The notes under the pieces were generated by a model. It had not been told where the DNA came from and made no database searches. It was given only the letters and a program-made list of their open reading frames with translations. A stretch of 40,493 bases of DNA. It comes from Bacillales bacterium (GTDB lineage: Bacteria; Bacillota_I; Bacilli_A; RFN20; JAISJY01). The position numbers and the translations under genes were made by a program. The DNA lies in the NCBI GenBank assembly GCA_031261365.1, contig JAISJY010000080.1, positions 1-40,493 of the forward strand. Direction: 5' to 3'. This document shows positions 27,201 to 34,475 of this stretch, piece by piece (the first letter of the stretch is position 1; the number at the start of each line of letters is the position of its first letter).

Positions 27201-27380
27201 TCTCAAATAGTTTTGGGAACTGTTGGAGCTCCTGCTTATGATTTGTTTACAAGATGGTTTGGTGGTGTTGGCAAGACAGTTTATGATATTATTATTTCAG
27301 GATTATTAATACCGACTATTAGTTTCTGGGTATTCTTCCCGATATTTAAGATTATCTTTCCAGAAGGTAAAAAAGAATAA
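24231..27380 (+). CDS. Cytoplasmic canonical-order GH3 beta-glucosidase-like enzyme fused to a C-terminal GtrA-like 4-TM module
   Basis: 1049 aa with no signal peptide. GH3 part: SDGPHGVR, GRNFEYYSEDP at ~24,600, KHFALNNQE, VVSDW (Asp codon 24930-24932), LLKNDSILPL at ~25,195, PFGYGLSYSTF at ~25,860, then Fn3-like. A Lys/Glu-rich linker follows. Four hydrophobic helices occupy ~26,780-27,377, with GtrA-like signatures QFLKFWLVSNAVTIFQ and AQVINFFVQRNVTFKSK. Confidence 0.8.
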   Translation: MGKYLIKHQDILDKLTLKQKANFTSGKNFWETYNIKELGIPSIFLSDGPHGVRRQATKADKAGLNVSLPATCFPTASALSNTFNVDLLKEIGTALGEEAKIQKVGILLGPGMNIKRNAKCGRNFEYYSEDPYLAGKLASNLILGIQDNNLSACAKHFALNNQELNRMCNDSVCDERTMREIYLQPFEMSVKEGKVKAIMSSYNKINGEYANENYHVLREILRDDWGFEGVVVSDWGGDDDRIKALLASSDLEMPGTKGDSVIDVVNSVNNGELPLKVLDESVDRILDLVLEEKESEKKEFDVEAHHNIARKAAVESIVLLKNDSILPLKENTKVAIIGDFGKKPRYQGAGSSQVNPTKLDLPLEVIKDYSLNFVGYERGYKRFGGTSKGLIKSALELARKAEVVLLYIGLDERSEAEGQDRANLKLPESHIQLFKELLSVNKNIVVINSSGSVVELKEFKNAKALLNNFLGGQAGARALLDVLVGKENPSGRLSETYPIDYEACSVKDYPSPLKAIYKEGLYVGYRYYDTNNISVLYPFGYGLSYSTFTYSNLKVDEVSVSLTLENTSEVDGYEVVQLYVGKSKSNVYRPKKELKGFIKVFIKSHQKVRVVIPFDDYTFRYFNTESNTFEVEKGVYEVYVGSNIQDIHLTGSIERDGVEVISKKDVLPTYYAGDIKDVSKEEYEVLLGHQYQEGKIDFVKKNRIVVDRNTPIAHLRYAKGWTGRAINGLLRFALGLLKLFKKNKLVVELNMGIYNTPIRSLSRASGGMFLYKQIDGLVEMFNGHFFKGCKTFRKAKKEFNKIRKPEIKLEKELIKKTEKEEKLQRLAPELEKWKSREKDNVFKKFFKWWVRFFIIHKNWWQFLKFWLVSNAVTIFQVLAKLVLDPLFASTNLATTSFQWLQIGTRANSGGTPFFIFDYPAHKIGEYLGANGTVIAGIGGGLALFLSYYVGVAIAQVINFFVQRNVTFKSKGNPWYQAMWYAIAFVGILFLSQIVLGTVGAPAYDLFTRWFGGVGKTVYDIIISGLLIPTISFWVFFPIFKIIFPEGKKE

Positions 27381-27413
27381 AGACCTCCTTTCTTTAAATA
27401 AGTGTTGACTTAG

Positions 27414-27444
27414 AAAACTCCTTTATTAATTATTGGAGTTTTTT
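27414..27444 (+). terminator. Rho-independent terminator after the GH3 cluster
   Basis: AAAACTCC (27414-21) pairs with GGAGTTTT (27435-42) across a 13-nt loop. The T run continues to 27444. Confidence 0.55.
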
Positions 27445-27453
27445 AAATAGAGA

Positions 27454-27497
27454 AATTATTGCGACAGTGTTGCAATATTCTTTTATAGTAGAAAAAG
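27454..27497 (+). repeat. Direct repeat copy A (contains 19-bp imperfect palindrome ATTGCGACAGTGTTGCAAT, 27458-27476)
   Basis: 38/44 identical to 28587-28630 by hand alignment, in the same orientation. It lies downstream of both convergent genes. Confidence 0.9.
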
Positions 27498-27538
27498 TTT
27501 AGTTAATTGGGAATAGAAAACCAACAATTTATCTGTTT

Positions 27539-28510
27539 TTAATAAAAAGTAACACCTAATTGCCTGTTTAATTCTTCTAATATTTCCATAACAGAAAGGG
27601 TTGTATCATAATTAACAACAGGGCTTTCTAATGTTTTATTTCTAACTAGATTTTCAAAATGTTCTATTTCATAAATGAAGCCATCTACTTTTTTAAACTT
27701 CTTTATTACTTTTTGATTAAAAGTTTTAACTATTACTTTTTTAGCATCAAAAAATCTTGGTATTTTAATATAACCATTTTCATAATTAATAATAAAGGCT
27801 TCTTTTATTTCTAAAAGTTTAAAAGAAGATCTTAAATGCCCTATTACATTGTCATCATAAATGAAAGAAAAATTACACCATCTATCTACTCCATTTATGA
27901 CTTTTCCATTAGTTGTAATTTTGTTTGGAAGTCCATTAATCATTAGAGAATAATGAACTAAATAAACACCTAAATCTAAAATACTACCACCACATAATTC
28001 TTTTTTATAAATACGAGAATTAGGACCATGTCCAATACCAGCACAGAAATTACCTTTAAAAGATATTAATTTTCCTAAATTATGCTTTTTAATTACTTCT
28101 GTTACATATTGAGTGGCAGGTAAAAACTTTGTCCACATTGCTTCCATAATAAGTGTGTTATTATTTTTAGCAGTTTCTATCATTTCTTGAGCTGTTTTAT
28201 AATCGTATGAAAAAGTCTTTTCACATAAAATTGGTATTTTCTTTTCTAAAAACATTTTGACATTAATATGATGCATATTAATATTTGTACAAACATAAAC
28301 AGCATCTACTAAAGAAGGAGATTCTGCTAATTCTTTATAAGTTAAAGCATATTTTATATTGTATTTTTTTTGATATTTAATGGCTCTTTCTTTAGAAGAA
28401 GAAACACAAGCAATAACAATTGAGTTTTTAGATAATTTATTAATTACTTTAACAAATCTTTTTGATATTCTTCCTAATCCACAGACTGCCCATTTGAATT
28501 GATTTTCCAT
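27539..28510 (-). CDS. Gfo/Idh/MocA-family NAD(P)-dependent oxidoreductase
   Basis: N-terminal Rossmann motif KWAVCGLGRIS, then EKTF and a C-terminal alpha/beta domain. I place the start at ATG 28510 (AGGTGA Shine-Dalgarno, 6-nt spacing). The track start at 28519 is the GTG inside that Shine-Dalgarno. Confidence 0.85.
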   Translation of the reverse strand: MENQFKWAVCGLGRISKRFVKVINKLSKNSIVIACVSSSKERAIKYQKKYNIKYALTYKELAESPSLVDAVYVCTNINMHHINVKMFLEKKIPILCEKTFSYDYKTAQEMIETAKNNNTLIMEAMWTKFLPATQYVTEVIKKHNLGKLISFKGNFCAGIGHGPNSRIYKKELCGGSILDLGVYLVHYSLMINGLPNKITTNGKVINGVDRWCNFSFIYDDNVIGHLRSSFKLLEIKEAFIINYENGYIKIPRFFDAKKVIVKTFNQKVIKKFKKVDGFIYEIEHFENLVRNKTLESPVVNYDTTLSVMEILEELNRQLGVTFY

Positions 28511-28586
28511 ATTATTCACCTTTTTTCTAATTTTAATCTGTATTTATTTTAACATTTTAAGAGAAAAATAGAAAAGACAATTTGAT

Positions 28587-28630
28587 AATTCTTGTGACAG
28601 TGTTGCAATAATCTTTTGTAGTAAAAAAAA
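28587..28630 (+). repeat. Direct repeat copy B (AATTCTTGTGACAGTGTTGCAATAATCTTTTGTAGTAAAAAAAA)
   Basis: 38/44 identical to 27454-27497. It sits in the divergent region between the oxidoreductase gene and pyk. Confidence 0.9.
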
Positions 28631-28753
28631 CTAAAACTCAGAATATAATGATATTGCCTTTAAAACAAATGTTTATGACTATAATTATTTTAGGTTTATG
28701 GCTTATCATTTTCTTTAAATAGAGTATAATTATTATGATAGATGGAGGCTTTT

Positions 28754-30163
28754 ATGAGAAAAACCAAAATAGTATGTACTTTAGGACCTGCTACAGACGG
28801 CATAGACATTTTAAAAAGTTTAATTGATGCTGGGATGTCAGTGGCAAGGTTTAATATGGCACACGGAGATTATGCAGAACATCAAAAAAGAATAGATGAT
28901 GTTAAAAAGGTTAGAGAAATATTAGGTGTTCCTGTCGGTATAATGGTTGATATAAAAGGTCCTGAAGTTAGAACAGGCAAAGTAGAAACACCTATTCCTG
29001 TTAATGAAGGAGATAACTTTATTTTTACAAGTGATGTTATAGAGGCAAAAGGTAATAGATGTTCAATTACTTATCCTAAAATACACGAAGATGTTAAAGC
29101 AGGTGGTTTAATTTTATTAAATGATGGCTTATTAGCTATGAGAATAGAAAAGGTTGAAGGACATGATATTTACTGTAAGGTTTTAGGTAAGGGTTTTATT
29201 GGAGACCATAAGAATATGCATTTTCCTGATGCTCATTTGAATATTCCTTTTATTAGAGAAAAAGATATAAATGATATGGATTTTGCTCTTAAAAATCAAG
29301 TTGAATATATTGCTGCAAGTTTTGTTAGTAGAGCAAGTGAAGTTAGAGAAGTTAGACAATATTTAGATAGTCACGGGGGTGATGAAATAGATATTATTGC
29401 TAAAATAGAAAATAGAGAAGGGGTTGATAATATTGAATCTATTTTAGAAGAGAGTGAAGGTATAATGGTGGCTAGAGGTGATTTAGGAGTTGAAATACCA
29501 ATAGAAGAAATACCTAACATTCAAAAGAAATTATTAAAGAAATGTTATTTATGTGGTAAAAGAGCTATAACCGCGACTGAAATGTTAGAGAGTATGACTA
29601 ATAATGCTCGTCCTACTAGAGCTGAAGTAAGTGATGTTGCTAATGCTGTTTATGATGGAACATCGGCTGTTATGTTATCTGGTGAAACAAGCATTGGTAA
29701 ACACCCTATAGATGTTGTTAAAACTATGGCAAAGATTTGTGTTCAAGCTGAAAATAATATTGATTATGTTAAACAATTTAGAAACTTAAATGTGAATATT
29801 GCTAATATTTCTGATGCTGTTTCTCATTCTTCTGTTTCAGCAGCCCACGATTTAAATGCTAAAGTAATTGTTGTTTGTTCTTCTTCAGGGAGAACGGCTA
29901 GACTTGTTTCAAGGTTTAGACCAGTGACCCCTATTTTATGTTTAACACCTTCTAAAGTTAGATATGAACAATTAGCTTTATCTTGGGGAGTAACTCCTGT
30001 TTTAGTTAAAACTTATCAGTCAATAGAAGAGATAGCGAGTAAGGCAAAAGAAAGAGCAGTTAAAGAAAAGTTTGCAAGAACAGGTGATGTTTTAGTTATC
30101 ACAGCAGGGACATCTTCAGCTAGTGATGGGACAAACTTAATGCGTATAGAGTCTATTAAATAG
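28754..30163 (+). CDS. pyk: Pyruvate kinase
   Basis: MRKTKIVCTLGP..., FNMAHG, DIKGPEVRTG, MVARGDLGVEIP and MLSGETS. Start moved to ATG 28754 (GGAGG at 28744-48, 5-nt spacing) from the track's 28742. Confidence 0.95.
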   Translation: MRKTKIVCTLGPATDGIDILKSLIDAGMSVARFNMAHGDYAEHQKRIDDVKKVREILGVPVGIMVDIKGPEVRTGKVETPIPVNEGDNFIFTSDVIEAKGNRCSITYPKIHEDVKAGGLILLNDGLLAMRIEKVEGHDIYCKVLGKGFIGDHKNMHFPDAHLNIPFIREKDINDMDFALKNQVEYIAASFVSRASEVREVRQYLDSHGGDEIDIIAKIENREGVDNIESILEESEGIMVARGDLGVEIPIEEIPNIQKKLLKKCYLCGKRAITATEMLESMTNNARPTRAEVSDVANAVYDGTSAVMLSGETSIGKHPIDVVKTMAKICVQAENNIDYVKQFRNLNVNIANISDAVSHSSVSAAHDLNAKVIVVCSSSGRTARLVSRFRPVTPILCLTPSKVRYEQLALSWGVTPVLVKTYQSIEEIASKAKERAVKEKFARTGDVLVITAGTSSASDGTNLMRIESIK

Positions 30164-31599
30164 TGAAAAAAGATATTATTTCAGCACCTGATTTAAAAGA
30201 AGCTCGGAAAAGGTCAAAAGAAAATATAGATATTATTTATTCTGATTTAGTTATTGAAAATCAATTATTTAATTATGCTAGAAATAAAAAGTATCTTTTA
30301 AAGACCTTCGGTTGTCAAGCCAATGTTCGTGATGGGGAAACAATTGCAGGTATCTTAGAGAATATAGGTTATGTTTTAACTAATGAACCTCAAGAGGCTG
30401 ATTTAATTATTTTAAATACTTGTGCAGTTAGAGAAAATGCTGAAGATAGAGTTTTTGGAGAAATAGGACATCTTAAAGGTTTAAAGTTAAAAAAGAAAGA
30501 AGCCATTTATGCTATCTGTGGTTGTATGGTTCAACAAGAAAGTATTACTAGTAAAATATTATCAACATACCCCCATATAGATTTAATTTTTGGAACTCAT
30601 AATATTCATAGAATACCTCAATTATTATTTGAAGTTATTAATGAAAGAAGAATAGTGGTAGAAGTTTTATCTAATCAAGGAAATATTATTGAAAATCTAC
30701 CAAGTAAGAGGAGTGATAAATTAAAAGCTTTTGTTAATATTATGTATGGTTGTGATAAGTTTTGTACTTACTGCATTGTCCCTTATACTAGAGGCAAACA
30801 AAGAAGCAGGTTACCTCAAGATATTATTTCTGAAGTAGAACAATTAAAAAAAGATGGTTATATTGAAGTTACTTTATTAGGGCAAAATGTTAATGCTTAT
30901 GGTAAAGATTTAAACCTTGAAATTGATTTTGCTAAGTTGTTACATTTAGTTAGTGAAACTCATATTCCTCGTATTAGATTTGTAACTTCACATCCTTGGG
31001 ATTTTAGTCAAGAAATGATAAATGCTATTAAAACATTAGATAATGTTATGCCTTTTGTTCATTTACCTATTCAGTCAGGTGATGATGATATTTTAAGAAA
31101 GATGGGCAGAAGATATACAGTTGAGGAGTATTTAACAACTTATAATAAATTAAGACAAATAGATAAGATATCAATTACAACTGATATTATTGTCGGATTT
31201 CCAAATGAGAGTCTTGAAGCTTTTAATAATACTTTAAAAATTGTTGATGAGTGTGCTTTTGATGGAGCTTTTACTTTTATTTATTCTAAAAGGGAAGGAA
31301 CACCAGCCGCTCTTTTAAAAGATGATATTAGTGAAGAAGAAAAACACCGTCGCTTATCATTATTAATAGAAAAAGTTAATTATTATGCTTTATTAAGAAA
31401 TAAAACTTATTTAGGAGAAATAGTAGAAGTTTTAGTGGAAGGTAAATCTAAAAGAAATGAAGATATTTTATCTGGTTATTCAAAACAAAATAAATTGGTT
31501 AATTTTAAAGGTAATATTAATAATATTGGTAAGTTAGTTAAAGTAAAAATAAACAAGGCTAAATCTTTTACTTTGCAAGGAGAAGAAATAGATGAATGA
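30163..31599 (+). CDS. miaB: tRNA (N6-isopentenyl-A37) methylthiotransferase MiaB (radical SAM plus TRAM)
   Basis: 478 aa. N-terminal UPF0004 Cys triad (TFGCQAN...NTCAVRE...CGCM), radical-SAM motif CDKFCTYCIVPYTRG, and a TRAM-like C-terminus. GTG start overlaps the pyk stop (TAGTG). miaB-ymcA synteny as in B. subtilis. Confidence 0.88.
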   Translation: MKKDIISAPDLKEARKRSKENIDIIYSDLVIENQLFNYARNKKYLLKTFGCQANVRDGETIAGILENIGYVLTNEPQEADLIILNTCAVRENAEDRVFGEIGHLKGLKLKKKEAIYAICGCMVQQESITSKILSTYPHIDLIFGTHNIHRIPQLLFEVINERRIVVEVLSNQGNIIENLPSKRSDKLKAFVNIMYGCDKFCTYCIVPYTRGKQRSRLPQDIISEVEQLKKDGYIEVTLLGQNVNAYGKDLNLEIDFAKLLHLVSETHIPRIRFVTSHPWDFSQEMINAIKTLDNVMPFVHLPIQSGDDDILRKMGRRYTVEEYLTTYNKLRQIDKISITTDIIVGFPNESLEAFNNTLKIVDECAFDGAFTFIYSKREGTPAALLKDDISEEEKHRRLSLLIEKVNYYALLRNKTYLGEIVEVLVEGKSKRNEDILSGYSKQNKLVNFKGNINNIGKLVKVKINKAKSFTLQGEEIDE

Positions 31600-31903
31600 A
31601 TTAGAGACAGCTAAAGAATTAAAGCAATTAATAATTCAAGAACCCCTTTATTTAGAGTATCAAAGAGTTTATAATTTATTAGCAGAGAGTATTAAAGAAA
31701 AAGAAAATAGAATAATCTTTTTACAGAAGAAAATGACTTCTAATCTTTTAAAAGATACTTATGATAAATATAAAAAAGAGTTTGATGAATTAAGTGAGGA
31801 ATTAGAAAAAGACCCTGCTTTTACTTATTATGCCGAATTAAAAAATCAATTAAATGAAATGTTACAAAAAGTGTTAAAAATTATTAAGGAGGGGTTATGT
31901 TAA
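31592..31903 (+). CDS. YlbF/YmcA (RicA-like) family protein, short form
   Basis: 103 aa, helical, with an N-terminal A.EL..LI pattern and a C-terminal P....Y.....L..ML.......I pattern as in Com_YlbF proteins. Its position after miaB matches B. subtilis ymcB-ymcA. Confidence 0.5.
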   Translation: MNELETAKELKQLIIQEPLYLEYQRVYNLLAESIKEKENRIIFLQKKMTSNLLKDTYDKYKKEFDELSEELEKDPAFTYYAELKNQLNEMLQKVLKIIKEGLC

Positions 31904-33561
31904 CAGATATTGAGATTAGTCAACAAGCAAAAAAAGAGAAAATAGGAAAGATAGCTAAGAAGATAGAAATTAATGAACATTATTTAATTCAATATGGATT
32001 ATATAAAGCTAAAGTTAATTTAGATATTGAAAAGAAATTAAATGAAGCTAAAGGGAAACTTATTTTAGTGACTGCCATTACTCCAACTCCAGCAGGTGAA
32101 GGGAAAACAACTGTTACTATAGGGTTAGGTGATGCTTTAAATGTTTTAAAAAAGAAAACTTTAATTTGTTTAAGAGAACCATCTATGGGACCTGTTTTCG
32201 GTTTAAAAGGTGGAGCAACAGGAGGAGGTTTTTCTCAAGTAACTCCAATGGAAGATATTAATTTACATTTTACAGGTGATATGCACGCGATTTCTAGTGC
32301 TGTTAATTTAATTGCAGCAGTTTTAGATAATTCAATTTATCAAGGTAATGAATTAAATATTGATATTAAGAAAGTTGTTTTTAATAGAGCAGTTGATATG
32401 AATGATAGAGTTTTAAGAGATGTAACTATTGGACAAGGTTCTAGTATAAATGGGGTGGAAAGAAGTAGTCATTATGATATTACCGTGGCAAGTGAGATAA
32501 TGGCAATTTTATGTTTATCTAATGATTTAAAGGATTTAAGAAATAGAGTTGCTAATATTATTGTAGCTTATAATCTTAAAGGCAAACCTGTTACGGTTAA
32601 ACAATTAAAAATAGAACACGCGGTGGCAGTCTTATTAAAAGAGGCTATAAATCCTAACCTTGTTCAAACTTTAGAAAATAATCCTGTTTTAATTCATGGA
32701 GGACCTTTCGCGAATATTGCTCATGGTTGTAATTCTATAATCGCGACTAGGTTAGCTTTAAAGTTAGCTGATTATGTTGTAACAGAAGCAGGATTTGGAG
32801 CAGATTTAGGAGCAGAAAAGTTTTTAGATATTAAGTGTCGAGTAGGAGGATTAACACCTTCAGCAGTTGTTTTAGTTGCTACAATTAGAGCTTTAAAAAT
32901 GCATGGTGGTCTTTTAAAAGAAGAATTAACTATTCCTAATGTTAATGCTTTATCTAATGGTATGGCTAATTTACAAAAGCATTTAGAAAACATTAAGAAG
33001 TTTGGTATCACCCCTTTAATAGCTTTAAATAAGTTTTTCTCTGATAGTCAAGAAGAAATTGATTTTGTTTTAAATTGGGCTCATAAAAACAATTATGAAA
33101 TAGCTTTATCAGAAGGCTTTGAAAAAGGTGGTTTAGGTTGTGTAGAATTAGCTAAAAAAGTAGTAAGTATTACTGATAAACCTAATACATTTAAGTATCT
33201 TTATAATCTTTCTTTACCTGTTACAGAAAAAATAAGTATTATATGTAAAGAAATATATGGAGCAGGAGCAGTGGAATATACTTTAAAAGCTCAAGAAGAT
33301 TTAAAGAAGATAATTCAATTAGATTATTCTAATTTGCCAATTTGTATGGCTAAGACTCAAAACTCTTTATCTGATGACCCCAAACTTTTAAATGTTCCGA
33401 CAGGGTTCACAGTTTTAATTAAAGAAATCAGATTATCGGCAGGAGCAGGTTTAATTGTTCCAATTACGGGTAAAATATTAACAATGCCTGGCTTACCAAA
33501 AAGACCAGCCGCTGAACAAATAAAGATAAATAAAAACGGTACCATAAGAGGATTATTTTAA
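31897..33561 (+). CDS. fhs: Formate-tetrahydrofolate ligase
   Basis: 554 aa. MLTDIEISQQA..., P-loop TPTPAGEGKTT, FDITVASEIMA and GGPFANIAHG. Confidence 0.95.
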   Translation: MLTDIEISQQAKKEKIGKIAKKIEINEHYLIQYGLYKAKVNLDIEKKLNEAKGKLILVTAITPTPAGEGKTTVTIGLGDALNVLKKKTLICLREPSMGPVFGLKGGATGGGFSQVTPMEDINLHFTGDMHAISSAVNLIAAVLDNSIYQGNELNIDIKKVVFNRAVDMNDRVLRDVTIGQGSSINGVERSSHYDITVASEIMAILCLSNDLKDLRNRVANIIVAYNLKGKPVTVKQLKIEHAVAVLLKEAINPNLVQTLENNPVLIHGGPFANIAHGCNSIIATRLALKLADYVVTEAGFGADLGAEKFLDIKCRVGGLTPSAVVLVATIRALKMHGGLLKEELTIPNVNALSNGMANLQKHLENIKKFGITPLIALNKFFSDSQEEIDFVLNWAHKNNYEIALSEGFEKGGLGCVELAKKVVSITDKPNTFKYLYNLSLPVTEKISIICKEIYGAGAVEYTLKAQEDLKKIIQLDYSNLPICMAKTQNSLSDDPKLLNVPTGFTVLIKEIRLSAGAGLIVPITGKILTMPGLPKRPAAEQIKINKNGTIRGLF

Positions 33562-33562
33562 A

Positions 33563-34378
33563 ATGATTTTAAGTGGAAAAGATTTAGTTGTTCAATTAAA
33601 AGAAGAATTAAATGTTATTTTTTTAGAAAAGAAAATAGGAGAAAGTAAACCAATTAATATTGTTGTTATTCATACTTTAAAAGATGAAGCTAGTCAAGCT
33701 TATAAGAATACTAGAGATAAGTTAATGGGAAATTATAATATTCAAGTTCAAGATATTTATTTAGATAATTTACCTAATAGAGAACTCCTTAACTATTTAC
33801 AAAATCTTAATCAAGACCCCTATGTTGCTGGAATTATGATTAATAGACCTGTGGGCAAGGGAGTTGATTATAATGAACTTATAACCACATTAGGAAAGAA
33901 AGATATTGAAGGTGTTGGTTTAATTAATACAGCTTTATTAACTATTTCTAAAAAAGGTCTTATTCCTCCAACCTCTAATGCTGTTATCTATATTCTTGAT
34001 AAATATAATATTGATTTAAGTGGTAAAAATGTTTTACTTATTGGTAGAAGTCATAATGTTGGTAAACCTTTAATTCCTTTGTTATTAGAAAGAAATGCCA
34101 CTTTAACAATTGCTCATTCTAAAACTCAAAATATTAGTTCTTTAATTGCTAATGCAGATGTAGTCATTTCGGCTGTTGGTAAGCCTAATTTTGTTAAGGA
34201 AAGTCATAGTAAACAAATATTAATTGATGTGGGATTTCATTATTTAAGTGATGGAACAATAGTGGGCGATATATCTAAAGAAGCCAAAGAGAGAGCTTTA
34301 AGTTATACTCCTGTTCCCAATGGAGTAGGTAGTTTAACAACATATTTATTAATAAAAAACATCTTAGAAAATGTTTAG
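33563..34378 (+). CDS. folD: Bifunctional methylene-THF dehydrogenase / methenyl-THF cyclohydrolase
   Basis: 271 aa. Motifs GKDLV..LKEEL, GRSHNVGKPL, TIAHSKT and TPVPNGVG. It starts 1 nt after fhs. Confidence 0.92.
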   Translation: MILSGKDLVVQLKEELNVIFLEKKIGESKPINIVVIHTLKDEASQAYKNTRDKLMGNYNIQVQDIYLDNLPNRELLNYLQNLNQDPYVAGIMINRPVGKGVDYNELITTLGKKDIEGVGLINTALLTISKKGLIPPTSNAVIYILDKYNIDLSGKNVLLIGRSHNVGKPLIPLLLERNATLTIAHSKTQNISSLIANADVVISAVGKPNFVKESHSKQILIDVGFHYLSDGTIVGDISKEAKERALSYTPVPNGVGSLTTYLLIKNILENV

Positions 34379-34379
34379 A

Positions 34380-34413
34380 ATATCTTTTGTTTTATTTAAA
34401 GATATGTGTTTTA
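34380..34413 (+). terminator. Weak AT-rich hairpin plus T-tract after folD
   Basis: ATATCTTT pairs with AAAGATAT (8 bp, 10-nt loop), followed by GTGTTTTATT. All pairs but one are A-T, so this is low confidence. Confidence 0.3.
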
Positions 34414-34475
34414 TTGACAATAACTAGACAATAAAAATTATTGGAGTAAAATTATCATATAAAAAGGAAGTCTCT

